A DNA stretch of 63,996 bases, the filler included, from a bacterium (GTDB taxonomy: Bacteria; UBA9089; CG2-30-40-21; SBAY01): the NCBI GenBank assembly GCA_040757115.1. It is 6 parts of 6 records of this genome, joined end to end, with 100 filler letters (N's around TTAATTAATTAA, not from the genome) between each part and the next. Parts side by side here need not be neighbours in the genome. Positions count along the whole stretch, not along the records: positions 1 to 30,922 come from JBFLYA010000019.1; 5 more parts are not named here. One strand, written 5' to 3'. The translations under genes and the position numbers were made by a program. Shown here piece after piece: positions 1 to 9,454 of this stretch; the stretch's first letter is position 1, and each line of letters starts with the position of its first letter. Under the pieces are notes generated by a model. It saw only the letters and a program-made list of their open reading frames with translations, did no database searches and had not been told where the DNA came from.

Positions 1-114
1 CTCTATATATCGGCATTTTTTCAAAAAATCTTCACTTTTTTATTTTCTTATACTATTCCACAAATTTATGAGTAGTTACCATTTTCTGTCCATACTTGCT
101 CATGCCACTGGCTC

Positions 115-894
115 ATGAGCAAGTACGAAATTATATTACTTATTTTTTTATTCTTAAATTATCTACCAATTTTCTCTCCGTTATTGGCCCCGCCAATTAA
201 AGTTTTTTTTGGTGAAAGTTATCTTCATTATCCCTCTAATCTTGTTATTTTACCAACTATCTTTGATTATGTTGATTTGATTTTGGTGCTTATTTTTGCT
301 CCTTTAATCAGTGGTATGACTGTGCGTATGGTTTATCAATCAGCAGAAGGTCATAAACCTGAAATTTTCAGTAATATTTTCCCGGTATTAAAAAAATACC
401 TTATTCTTCTTGGATTGTGGATAATCGTAACAATTCTGATATTTACCATTTTTCATCTGGGTAAATTTTTAGTTTCAGAATTCTATACTAAAGAAATATC
501 AAAAGCTATCCATATTCCTACCTGGCGAATGACCCGATTAATGGAATACTTCTGTTTTTTCCTGACTTTAGTCATTGAAACCTTTTTTGCCTTCTGCATT
601 CCAATTGTAATAATTGAAAATAAAAAAATATTAGCCTCTATCAAAACATCCTTTAAAATAAGCCTCTCTTTGTTTTTAGTTACCTTTATCTTAATCTGTG
701 TGCCTAACATACTTAATAATATGATAGTCTTAATAAAACAAAAGGTGCTTATTTTGTTGATGGATAATTTTTTCCCTGAAATTGTCTTTGTCATTATGGG
801 AGTAGGATTTTTAGTTTATCTTATTACGCAGGTTCTTCAAATAACATCTTTAACATTAGTTTTCTTAAAGAAGTATTATGAGAAACTTATTTAA
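115..894 (+). CDS. Hypothetical multi-pass membrane protein
   Basis: 259-aa ORF with about 6 hydrophobic segments; overlaps the start of the next gene. True start uncertain. Confidence 0.65.
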   Translation: MSKYEIILLIFLFLNYLPIFSPLLAPPIKVFFGESYLHYPSNLVILPTIFDYVDLILVLIFAPLISGMTVRMVYQSAEGHKPEIFSNIFPVLKKYLILLGLWIIVTILIFTIFHLGKFLVSEFYTKEISKAIHIPTWRMTRLMEYFCFFLTLVIETFFAFCIPIVIIENKKILASIKTSFKISLSLFLVTFILICVPNILNNMIVLIKQKVLILLMDNFFPEIVFVIMGVGFLVYLITQVLQITSLTLVFLKKYYEKLI

Positions 895-1732
895 TATTAT
901 AGGTTTAACACTAATAATTTTATTAACCAGTTGCACGCAGGAATATAAACTGGAGCGAATGTACTATCATGCTTACAAAAAATATATCCAAATTAGTAAA
1001 AATCCATCTTCTGCTACTCCATCCCAAATAGACCAGGTAATTGCTGATTTTAAGAAAATTATTAATCTGAGTTCAAAGAACTTTAAAGGCGGAAATATCC
1101 AATATACCATTGGACATCTTTATTTTCTTAAAAATGATTTTAAAAAGGCAAGACAAGAACTTAATGAATTTATTTCGGATTTTTCCTACCAGAGAGAAAA
1201 CTGCCTTACGGCAAAATTTCTAATTGGACTTTCTTATGAACAGGAAAACAAATGGGATAATGCTCTGGTCATTTTTAAGGAAATTATGAAAGATTATCCC
1301 TTAAGTTTAATAGCGATAGACCTTCCACACCATATTGCCCAATATTACGAAGGAGATAAGAAATATCAAGAGGCAGAAAAAACTCTAAGAGACGCAATTG
1401 TTTATTATGACAAAATTATAAATAGTTATCCATCTAATAAAAAATTAGTTATGATTATGGAGGATAAGATTCTTCAAACTTATGAAAAATTAGATGATTG
1501 GCAGAGAATGATAAATACCTTACGGAATATGATTGATATCTACCCTCATACAGAAAGGGGAGCACAGGCATTATATCAGTTGGCAAAGATTTATGAAGAT
1601 AGGAAAAAGACAAAAGAAGCTATTTTCTGTTATGAACAATTCATACAAGACTACCCGCATCATAATTTAAAAAGTGTTGCCAGAGAAAAAATACACGCTT
1701 TGAAAATAATCTTACCTGTGAAAAGTGAGTAA
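878..1732 (+). CDS. TPR-repeat lipoprotein (BamD/CpoB-like TPR)
   Basis: Signal peptide with lipobox LLTSC; repeated TPR helices with 'DYP/SYP/IYP' turns. Confidence 0.75.
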   Translation: MRNLFNIIGLTLIILLTSCTQEYKLERMYYHAYKKYIQISKNPSSATPSQIDQVIADFKKIINLSSKNFKGGNIQYTIGHLYFLKNDFKKARQELNEFISDFSYQRENCLTAKFLIGLSYEQENKWDNALVIFKEIMKDYPLSLIAIDLPHHIAQYYEGDKKYQEAEKTLRDAIVYYDKIINSYPSNKKLVMIMEDKILQTYEKLDDWQRMINTLRNMIDIYPHTERGAQALYQLAKIYEDRKKTKEAIFCYEQFIQDYPHHNLKSVAREKIHALKIILPVKSE

Positions 1733-1741
1733 AGTGAATTG

Positions 1742-1806
1742 GTAACCGTTCAGGTAGTTCTTTACCGCACAGACGCAGAGAACACACCCCTAACCCCTCT
1801 CAAGAG
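1742..1806. mobile_element. Truncated IS66-type MITE (GTAACCGTTCAGG end plus ACCGCA-GACGCAGAG arm)
   Basis: Same terminus and arm as the copies at 17331, 30265 and 59420; cut at 1807 by another IS remnant. Confidence 0.65.
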
Positions 1807-2385
1807 CTGACATTACCCAACACATCGTAGGGAGGGGAAAAATGAAAAAAAGAATATTTATAAATCTGTAGTGATATTCACCATTATCACATTTCTATTC
1901 AATATTATCTTTTCTCACCAGGATATATATTACTCCATTCCTCAATCTCGAATCTCTCGTCAACTCATCTCATCTTCTAAACTCCCACCTCTTTCCAAAT
2001 GGGAAAATATACTCCTCAATCTCACCAATCCTTCCTCTTTAATCTCTCTTTTGCTTGCATCTTTACTTTACTTCTACCATCCTAATATCTTCTTCTACAT
2101 AATCCAAAATGGAGTCTGGATATATCTTCTATCCAGACTCTTTAACTCCTTTTCTCACGCCATTTCTATCCACTCCCCTATAGAACCTTGTCAAAAATCT
2201 AAAAATAAAGGCTGTTTAAATTGCTCTAAGTGTCAAATTAAAACTAACTTTATAAAAACTATTCATCATGACCCTTTGCTTCAGTATTTTCAACCTATCT
2301 TTAATCTCTTTAACTTCCAAATCCTTCCTCTCAAAAAACAATGTGTTAATTCAGATAAGGTGACATTATCATATTGGGATGACAG
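1807..2385 (+). mobile_element. Internally deleted IS remnant with imperfect terminal inverted repeats
   Basis: Left end CTGACATTACCCAA and right end TTGGGATGACAG (reverse complement CTGTCATCCCAA). Contains a pyrimidine-rich ORF (1871-2389) with Cys motifs; the upstream SD+ATG at 1842 is out of frame. Confidence 0.5.
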
Positions 2386-2395
2386 TTAAAAATCA

Positions 2396-2424
2396 TTGAC
2401 AAAGCAAATATCTTATGATAAAAT
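2396..2424 (+). promoter_or_regulatory. sigma70 promoter for the PorV-like gene
   Basis: TTGACA-17 bp-TAAAAT with an extended TG. Confidence 0.7.
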
Positions 2425-2435
2425 AAGGCTGTCAG

Positions 2436-4598
2436 ATGAAAAAATTACCATTCATCTTATCCAGTATAGTCTGGTTGATATTGACGGGTATATCTTTCGC
2501 CACAGAAGATGGTGGAGTCCAGAGTCCATTTATTTTAGGTGCAGATGCGCGGGCATCAGGAATGGGACGGGCTTATGTCTCACTTGTTAAAGAACCTTCG
2601 GCTATCTTCTGGAATCCTGCGGCTCTAACTCAAGTTGAGCAAAAAGGATTTAATGTTCTGCATTCTAATCTGTTCTGGGATACAAATTATGATTTTATTG
2701 GTTTTTGCTATCCTACCCCACGCGCCGGCGCCTATGGATTTGGATTATTCAAATTGACGGTGGATGATATTGAAGAAAGGGACTACAAAAATAATCTCCT
2801 CAACCCATCTTTAAAAAATGAACAATTAGAATATATCTTCTCTTACAGCAAGCAATTCTCTCCTTCACTTTCCTATGGTCTTAGTTTGAAATTAAATACC
2901 CATAAGATTCAGTCGTATTCTGCGGCAGGTGTAGGTTTGGATGTCGGAGTGCTTTATCATCCTGAAAAATTCCCTGATTTAACCATAGGCGGTAATCTGC
3001 AAAATATATTAGAACCGAGCTTAAAATTAAAAAATGATACAACTAAATATCCAATTAATTTAAAAGCAGGTATTTCATATCATTGGAAATTAATAGATAA
3101 ACTGGATGATGAGTTTATAATTTCTATAGATGTGGATAAATCAAGATTGACTGAGTTAAAATGGCATTCTGGCATTGAATATTCCCTTTATAAAATCTTA
3201 AGTCTGCGACTGGGACTGGATGATAAGGATTTTACTTATGGATTTGGGATAAGATATAAGGGGATTGGCTTTGATTATGCCTGTGCCTGCCAGGAATTAA
3301 AAGATACTCAGAAATTTACCGCTAATTTATACATTGGTCAGACCCTTGAACAGATGCGACAAGCACTCCAGAAAAAGGAAGAAGAGCAGATAAATAAAAG
3401 ATTAGAGGAGGAATTAATTAAAAAGGAACAAATTCAAGTCCAACTTGCAATGAACAAAGCAAAAGAATATCTTGAGGCCAAACAATATAAAGAAGCCATT
3501 ATGTATCTTGAAAGGGTGCTTGTTTGGAATCCTGAAGATGAGGAAGCAAAGCAATATCTACTTGCCGCAAAAAACGAATATCAAAAAGTCCATTTAAAAA
3601 ACCAGATTAAAGAACATTTAGAAAAAGGCAAAAATTACCTTGATACAGAAGAATACCTTGATGCCGCATTAGAATTTAAACAGGTGTTGATTTTAGAGCC
3701 AGGTAACTCTTATGCCTCAGAATTATTAGCCGAGGCAACGGAAGGGATTGAATTTGCCATAAAAAAGGATACCGCGATTAATCAATATTTCCGTAGCGGT
3801 GTCGAGGCATATACTAATGGAAAACTGGTTGAATCTATTGCCGCCTGGAAACAGGTGTTAAACATAAACCCAAATCATTCCGAGACATTGGATTATATGA
3901 AAAAGGCTACAGCTAAGTTAAACGAGCAAATAAACGGCTATATTTTTAGTGGCAAAAAATATCAAAAGAGAAAAATGTGGGATAAGGCTATTTCAGAAGT
4001 TGAAAGGGCTCTATCATTAGACCCGGAAAATAAAGAGGCAAAAGACCTGGTTGAAGAGGTAAAATTACAAATAGCCCATAGCCAAAAAATGGTTAAAATC
4101 AATGAATCCCGGGCATTAACTTATTTAAATGAAGGGATTGAGTTATATGAAGCAGGTGAATATGAACAGGCAAACAAAAACTTTCAGAAGGCACTTACCC
4201 TGGATAAAAAATTGACTGAGGCACAAATTTACCTTAAAAAATCTACTTCAAAATTGACTGAATTAAAAGAAAAAGAACTTTCGTCCCAACAGACAAAACA
4301 ACTGGCTATTGCTTATGATAAAGGACTAAAATATTTCCATCTCCAGAAAATTACCCCGGCGGTAAAAGAATTAGAGTTTGTTTATAAAAATGACCCTGAT
4401 TATCGGGAAGTCAAATTTTATCTGGTCAAAGGCTATTTAATCGTCGGTATGGAACATTATACGACTGGAAGATTACAACAGGCTATTAATATCTGGCAAA
4501 AAATTCTAACGATAGAACCCGAAAATCAAAAGGCAATAAGTTACATTACCCGAACACAATTAGAATTAACCCGAATTGAAGAGATAATGAGAAAGTAA
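2436..4598 (+). CDS. PorV/UPF0164-family beta-barrel fused to TPR repeats
   Basis: Signal peptide, 'GADARASGMGRAYVS...AIFWNPAAL' PorV-type N-terminus, alternating beta-strands to about aa 300, then a coiled coil and many TPRs. Confidence 0.8.
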   Translation: MKKLPFILSSIVWLILTGISFATEDGGVQSPFILGADARASGMGRAYVSLVKEPSAIFWNPAALTQVEQKGFNVLHSNLFWDTNYDFIGFCYPTPRAGAYGFGLFKLTVDDIEERDYKNNLLNPSLKNEQLEYIFSYSKQFSPSLSYGLSLKLNTHKIQSYSAAGVGLDVGVLYHPEKFPDLTIGGNLQNILEPSLKLKNDTTKYPINLKAGISYHWKLIDKLDDEFIISIDVDKSRLTELKWHSGIEYSLYKILSLRLGLDDKDFTYGFGIRYKGIGFDYACACQELKDTQKFTANLYIGQTLEQMRQALQKKEEEQINKRLEEELIKKEQIQVQLAMNKAKEYLEAKQYKEAIMYLERVLVWNPEDEEAKQYLLAAKNEYQKVHLKNQIKEHLEKGKNYLDTEEYLDAALEFKQVLILEPGNSYASELLAEATEGIEFAIKKDTAINQYFRSGVEAYTNGKLVESIAAWKQVLNINPNHSETLDYMKKATAKLNEQINGYIFSGKKYQKRKMWDKAISEVERALSLDPENKEAKDLVEEVKLQIAHSQKMVKINESRALTYLNEGIELYEAGEYEQANKNFQKALTLDKKLTEAQIYLKKSTSKLTELKEKELSSQQTKQLAIAYDKGLKYFHLQKITPAVKELEFVYKNDPDYREVKFYLVKGYLIVGMEHYTTGRLQQAINIWQKILTIEPENQKAISYITRTQLELTRIEEIMRK

Positions 4599-4652
4599 AT
4601 CACAGTTGGAGTAATGGGATTAAATCCAGCACTCCAATATTCCATCACTCTA

Positions 4653-4925
4653 TTATTTAAAGCTATATACCTTCCGAATCTTATCAATCACATGCCAGGT
4701 GCATTTTAGTCCTTTTGGGAAATGGACTAAGTCACCCTTGTTAATCTCAACTATACCTGTCGGGGTATCAATTTTCACCTTGCCTTCTAAGACATAAGCA
4801 CTTTCGTCGCATGAATATTGCCAATCAAATGTCTCTGGTTCACATTCCCATGGACTCCAGCTCTCCACATTTAATGATTTTAGTTGTTCTTGAGTCGGTT
4901 TTTCAATTTTAACCTCAAGATTCAT
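4653..4925 (-). CDS. Cupin (DUF861/EutQ-like)
   Basis: 'W.CEP.TFDW.Y..DE..YVLEG.V.I...G....KGDLV.FPKG..C.W' signature; SD AGGAGG upstream. Confidence 0.85.
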   Translation of the reverse strand: MNLEVKIEKPTQEQLKSLNVESWSPWECEPETFDWQYSCDESAYVLEGKVKIDTPTGIVEINKGDLVHFPKGLKCTWHVIDKIRKVYSFK

Positions 4926-5021
4926 AACTAACCACCTCCTTTTGTGGTAAAGGGATTAGGGTTAAGAGAATAATTTGGTTTAGGGGTTAGGAAGTTAGTG
5001 TTTTCTTCCACTTGAAATTTG

Positions 5022-5090
5022 GTAACTATTCAGCCACAGATGGACACAGATGAAACACTGATTTTATTTTTTTATCCGTGCTAATCCGCC
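5022..5090. mobile_element. Partial IS66-type MITE (GTAACTATTCAGCCACAGATGGACACAGAT type)
   Basis: Near-identical to the complete palindromic copy at 51791-51872; right end missing. Confidence 0.65.
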
Positions 5091-5221
5091 TCAATCAAAT
5101 TACTATTCGCCAACCATAACTCCTGTGTATTTTATTTTAATTGGGTATTCCAATTCTGGTGAATATTTCCAGGCTAATAATTCAATCTATTATGTTTTTT
5201 TAATAAACTCTTTCCCAAAAG

Positions 5222-5281
5222 GCATAACGACAAAGCTCACCTGCCCGTCTTAGGCGGGTCAGGTGCAGCGATTGGTTATGT
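5222..5281 (-). repeat. Integron attC site 1
   Basis: Minus strand ACATAAC-CAATC-GCTGCACCTG...CAGGTGAGC-TTTGTC-GTTATGC; the cassette gene's TAA stop lies in R''. Confidence 0.85.
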
Positions 5282-5758
5282 ATCTTCTTCCAAAATTCTT
5301 TTGAGATTTTGCTGTTCTTCAGCAATATGTTGTTTAACAGACATAAGTTTACTCTCAAATAATATACATAATCTTTGTATAAATTTATCCAGTAATCTTC
5401 CGAATAAAGGGGTATTATGTCCCAAATGTATCTCTGTTGTAAACAGTAAACTGGCATTATATGGTTCTACAACAAAAACAAACCTCGCGCCTGCAATAGA
5501 ATGGGGAAACAACAGTTTATACTCTAATTGGGAATATAGTTTAACATTTATAATCTGAAATCTTGGTTTCTCTAAATATCCACCAATATACTCTTCGCAA
5601 TAAATGATTGAACCTATATCTAACGAATTTCCTTTAAGATAGCGACATTCTTTATGGTCTTTATGCCATATCTGATAATTTTTCTCAATATGAGCAAACC
5701 AGTCAAAAATCTTTTCTTTCGTTGTTTTCATTTCAATTGTATCTCGGATTATTATCAT
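5276..5758 (-). CDS. SRPBCC/START-like protein (gene cassette)
   Basis: Flanked by attC sites; 'EKIFDWF...YQIWH.DH' and a C-terminal 'H..EE..NLK.ILE' helix typical of SRPBCC. Confidence 0.7.
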   Translation of the reverse strand: MIIIRDTIEMKTTKEKIFDWFAHIEKNYQIWHKDHKECRYLKGNSLDIGSIIYCEEYIGGYLEKPRFQIINVKLYSQLEYKLLFPHSIAGARFVFVVEPYNASLLFTTEIHLGHNTPLFGRLLDKFIQRLCILFESKLMSVKQHIAEEQQNLKRILEEDT

Positions 5759-5832
5759 TTTTTACATTTATCTCCGTTTCAATGAGCAGATAACTTATCA
5801 TATCCGAACTGAGCTCAAATATACATCTCTCT

Positions 5833-5960
5833 GCATAACGAGTGAGTTGAGTAGTTGCGGGGCTGCAACGTTCATCCAATATCTCTGATATCACTAATGC
5901 TTGAATTACCACAAATTGTGGAGTGCAGTTCCCGCCATCCACTCCAACGACTGGTTAGCA
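5833..5960 (-). repeat. Integron attC site 2
   Basis: Minus strand TGCTAAC...GTTATGC with inner inverted arms (GTTGGAGTGG..GCGGGAACTGCA / TGCAGCCCGC..CTACTCAAC). Confidence 0.8.
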
Positions 5961-6047
5961 AAAGTTACACTTCCCCCTCTTTTTCTTTTCTTCTGGCTTA
6001 CCGAATTATTGTGCATTCCACATTCACGATCTGACCCCAAAACCCGC

Positions 6048-6395
6048 CTAATTCCTAATTAGCCAATCCGCCAAATGTTTTTTGATCCGTTCCAATCTCT
6101 CTGGAGCTATTTCGCCTATAGTGCCAAGAAAAACCTCGCTTTCTACCACTGCCAAACGCCCAATTCGAATGACACTAAACACTTTCAATCCACTTGTTGC
6201 AAAGTCAGAATCTTCTTCCCTGACAAATTCGTCAAAGTCTGGGATGTAATGCCGTGTCTGCGATGAAATCATGCATATCAACCAATTATCATATTCTCCT
6301 GGGAGCCTACTCAGCAGAAGCGCAGGGCGAAGTTTGCCTCCTACCAAATCCGTTTGTGGAAACCGAAATAAAACAATCTGTCCTCCCTTTTTCAT
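6048..6395 (-). CDS. PemK/MazF-family toxin
   Basis: 'G.IVL.RFPQTD...GKLRPALLL...ICMISS' and 'GLK..SVIRI..L' motifs. Confidence 0.85.
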   Translation of the reverse strand: MKKGGQIVLFRFPQTDLVGGKLRPALLLSRLPGEYDNWLICMISSQTRHYIPDFDEFVREEDSDFATSGLKVFSVIRIGRLAVVESEVFLGTIGEIAPERLERIKKHLADWLIRN

Positions 6396-6616
6396 GAAAA
6401 CACCATCCTCAAGTCCGCAGTAGTATATACTGGCGTATCTTCATCTTCCATACCACGCATCGCAAAGGCAAGAGACGAAGTTGCCCACTTCTTTTCTTCG
6501 TGGCGAAGAGTTTCACGTTCGGCTTTGAGAAGAAGATATTCAATGAAATCCAGTACTTCTGCTTGTAGAGAATTAGGTAATTTCTGTACATCTTCTTGAA
6601 TTCTTTCGGCAATCAT
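6392..6616 (-). CDS. DUF2281-family antitoxin
   Basis: 'LP..LQ.EVLDFIEYL' motif; ATGA overlap with the toxin gene. Confidence 0.8.
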   Translation of the reverse strand: MIAERIQEDVQKLPNSLQAEVLDFIEYLLLKAERETLRHEEKKWATSSLAFAMRGMEDEDTPVYTTADLRMVFS

Positions 6617-6670
6617 TATCTATACTCCTTCCCAGGGATTTTACCCTGATCTTCTAATTTCACTCAGGTG

Positions 6671-6719
6671 GTCTAACGATAAAATAACCTGCTCTGTCAG
6701 GTTCATTGTTTTGTTAGGC
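6671..6719 (-). repeat. Integron attC site 3 (unusually short, 49 bp)
   Basis: Minus strand GCCTAAC-AAAAC-AATGAACCTG-ACAGAG-CAGGTTATT-TTATC-GTTAGAC, with an extrahelical G in L''. Confidence 0.75.
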
Positions 6720-7015
6720 AAAAACTCCAAAATCTTGACTTTTATGCTTTCTAAGTCGTGTGTTTTTAAATCGTGTTTTCTTGAAATTTAGACTTTTTAC
6801 CGCACCATCATATTTAGGCTCAAACCCACATTCAAGGAGATATTCATTAAGAGTGTGCATTTCTTCCATTTCTTCAAATTGTATTTTATTACCTCTAAAA
6901 GATTTTTTTTTGCCTCTTCTTGTGTTCTACCTTGTGAAATAAAATCTAGCTCCGGTGTCTTTGCTAAGTACCAATTCCCTTTCTCCCATATTTCAATGGT
7001 TAATTTTAACTTCAT
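6714..7015 (-). pseudogene. HicB-family antitoxin, frameshifted
   Basis: N-terminus 'YLAKTPELDFISQGRTQEEAKKNLLEVI' is HicB-like. Similarity continues in another frame ('QFEEMEEMHTLNEYLLECGF'), which ends at the TAA in attC3 R''. Confidence 0.7.
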
Positions 7016-7067
7016 AAAAAACTACTTCTTTTTTTAACCTCCTTATTCTTAGGTGGAGCGATAAGAT

Positions 7068-7096
7068 AGTATACTACATCATTTCTCTTTTGTCAA
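7068..7096 (-). promoter_or_regulatory. sigma70 promoter for the HicB-like gene
   Basis: TTGACA-17 bp-TATACT on the minus strand. Confidence 0.65.
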
Positions 7097-7131
7097 ATAA
7101 ATTCTGCTTTCTACATTCACGGTACGACCCC

Positions 7132-7161
7132 GCTCTCACCCCCTGCAACGGTTTGTTAGGA
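7132..7161 (-). repeat. Truncated attC site (R''/L'' half only)
   Basis: Minus strand TCCTAAC-AAACC-GTTGCAGGG..., abutting a GGGGTCGTACC element end. Confidence 0.55.
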
Positions 7162-7233
7162 AAAAATTCCACTTCGCCGTCTTTTTTCTTTTTTTCTCTC
7201 GAGATATGACCACGATTATCTTTTATCCTGCTT

Positions 7234-7506
7234 TCAACGATTTAACTTTTTTGGTGGCTCATGTTTAGTTCGTTTGTATTGATTCCCCAGAAGAATTTGG
7301 GACATCTGCATCACTAATCGTAGTGCATCATTTACAGTCTTTTCATCAGGAAACGCCCGTGATACATCAGGTGCTAATAATACCAAATTTGTGCCCATTC
7401 GGTAGCGTGCATCATATTTACCTCGCACGCCACTCTTCAGCAGTTGGGACAAATCATATTCAGGACGAAGTTCATCATCCATTTCGATATCAGTATTCTT
7501 CTTCAT
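7234..7506 (-). CDS. BrnA-type antitoxin
   Basis: 'DDELRPEYD...GVRGKY...LAPDV..AFPD...VN.ALR' motif; overlaps the BrnT stop codon. Confidence 0.75.
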   Translation of the reverse strand: MKKNTDIEMDDELRPEYDLSQLLKSGVRGKYDARYRMGTNLVLLAPDVSRAFPDEKTVNDALRLVMQMSQILLGNQYKRTKHEPPKKLNR

Positions 7507-7627
7507 AGACCTTCCTTTCTTCTGCACGCCTTAATTCTCGTGCAATGATAATACGAATACGATTACCTCTTTCCGTGTGGGCAACCATTAGTAGTCGAGA
7601 ATGGTTTGACCAGCCAACTGTAAGGGA
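7490..7627 (-). pseudogene. BrnT-family toxin, C-terminal fragment
   Basis: Manual translation SLTVGWSNHSRLLMVAHTERGNRIRIIIARELRRAEERKVYEEEY*; the 5' half is replaced by the element at 7635. Confidence 0.75.
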
Positions 7628-7634
7628 GAACTTA

Positions 7635-7892
7635 GGGTCAAACCTTGAATATAGAATTTACTTTGGACATAACTTATTGATAACAAAACAGATAAGTTCT
7701 TAATTGCTCTTTGAAGACTAAAGGAATACTCATGGTCAAACCTTTAGAACACCTAAATTCTGTTTTCCTGTTTTCAAGGTTTGACCATAATTCTTTCCCT
7801 GCAATTCTCTTTCTTTTTTCTTCCCTTGCCGAACTATTGTAATCCCGACCCTAATTCTATCAATTGTAAATTCCATAATCAAGGTACGACCC
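7635..7892. mobile_element. Non-autonomous element with about 27-bp inverted ends GGGTCA(A)ACCTTGA
   Basis: Left end GGGTCAAACCTTGAATATAGAATTTAC versus right-end reverse complement GGGTCGTACCTTGATTATGGAATTTAC; internal IHF consensus at about 7670. Confidence 0.6.
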
Positions 7893-8690
7893 TAATTTTC
7901 CCCCCGACCCTAATTTTTCCTGTTGAATCTTGGCCCAAATGTCCCCATATCCAAACCCAGGTTCATTTTTAATTTCAGTAAAAAATTTATTAAGAAAATC
8001 GTCTTTTGTTAACCAACGAGCAAATTTCAATGTTAACTTTTCAGCCGGCGTGATATTAAGAAGGATATCACCTAATTGCGATAAGTAATTGACACAATCA
8101 GCAACGCCGCAAGCATTGTTATCGTTGAAATGATATTCAAATGAAATAATTGGTATCGCGTGGGTAAGCCCTTTTAGAACTTCATACTCATACCCTTCGA
8201 CGTCAATTTTGATAAAGACAGGTATCCCATATTTATTGATCATTTCATCTAATGTTACCAAAGGTACATCTATAATTGATTCTTCAACATTTGTTACAAC
8301 ATGCTTTTGCCAATCCTTAATTAGCCCCGATTTATCTCTATGTGTACGGACAAAAAATTTTCCTGTTCCTGATTTTGAAGCCAAAGCAGATTGAACTGTA
8401 ATTAAATTTTTAGAGTTGCCACACCTTGATTTTAATTCAGTCATACAATCAGACTGAGGCTCTATGGAAATGACTTTTGCCCCCAACTTTAAAAAAATTC
8501 TTGTCTTTTCTCCATAATTGGCCCCCACATCAAATACTAAATCTCCTTTTTTTAATATTGTTGAATAAAATGCCAAATCGGACTTCTCTAGTTCCAACTC
8601 TTTTTTATTTAATAAATGCCGATTAAACCATCTTGCCTGGCGATAGAGCCCGAACTGGCGACTAATTTTTTTTATGAGTTCATATGACAT
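7860..8690 (-). CDS. FkbM-family SAM methyltransferase
   Basis: 'VFDVGANYGE', 'IEP' and 'FIKIDVEGYEYEVLKG' motifs; the last ~20 codons derive from the adjacent element and CCCGACCCTAATT repeats. Confidence 0.9.
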   Translation of the reverse strand: MSYELIKKISRQFGLYRQARWFNRHLLNKKELELEKSDLAFYSTILKKGDLVFDVGANYGEKTRIFLKLGAKVISIEPQSDCMTELKSRCGNSKNLITVQSALASKSGTGKFFVRTHRDKSGLIKDWQKHVVTNVEESIIDVPLVTLDEMINKYGIPVFIKIDVEGYEYEVLKGLTHAIPIISFEYHFNDNNACGVADCVNYLSQLGDILLNITPAEKLTLKFARWLTKDDFLNKFFTEIKNEPGFGYGDIWAKIQQEKLGSGGKLGSYLDYGIYN

Positions 8691-8835
8691 AACATCTCCT
8701 AATAGTTGTTTGTTTGAATAATCTTTTAAATCATTTCAATTTTCTGCTATCGTTCTTCCTGGAGTTTGGGGACATCGAGAGTTGTGTTTTCTCTTTTTTT
8801 ACTGATAGGAAATTGCTTTTTTGAGTGTTTTGGGT

Positions 8836-8907
8836 GGTATTATATCCATTTGTGCCCATTGTGAGGATATTTTACCAAAAATTTTACCCTATGTCAACAA
8901 AATTTTC
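8836..8907 (-). promoter_or_regulatory. Duplicated promoter module (copy 1)
   Basis: TTGACA (8897-8892)-17 bp-TAAAAT; highly similar to 63282-63356. Confidence 0.6.
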
Positions 8908-9357
8908 GGTAGTGTCTTAATCTATCATAAAGGTTAAAATAGTGTATAGGGTTCTGCAAAATAGGATTTGAGGGAGACAACAATAAATATCAAATATTAA
9001 ATATCAAAATGCAAAATTACAAATCAAATTTCAAAGAGGAACTAGCAGGGTTTCTCAAAGAGTTGGAGGAATTTGGTAATATCTTTGCTTCAAGTATTTT
9101 AACGCTGAAAGGAAAGAGATAATTTTACTGAACTTTGGCAAAGATAGTTTATAGTTGATAGTTTATAGTTGATAGTTGATAGTTGAAGGACTATAAACTA
9201 TACACTATAAACTATACACTATACACTATAAACTATAAACTATACACTATAAACCCTAAACTATAAACGAGTTTTGCATTTTGCTCTTTGGAGGAAATCC
9301 CTTTTGGACACCAAATCTGCATAGATTTCACTATTAGAGTTATTTTCAGACAGCACC
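8908..9357. mobile_element. GGTGGTGTCT-ended MITE carrying a four-helix-bundle gene relic and heptamer repeats
   Basis: Ends GGTAGTGTCT / AGACAGCACC, flanks AAATTTTC / AAATATTC (near-TSD). Interior has (ATCAAAT)n, 'KEELAGFLKELEEFGNIFASSILTLKGKR*' and (GTTGATA)n/(CTATAAA)n. Confidence 0.75.
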
Positions 9358-9454
9358 AAATATTCCTATTTCACGGGTTGAAATTTGTCCAGGTAACCAA
9401 TTATCACCAACTTCCATACCGGCTCCCTAACCTTAACCTTTTATCCAATCTACA

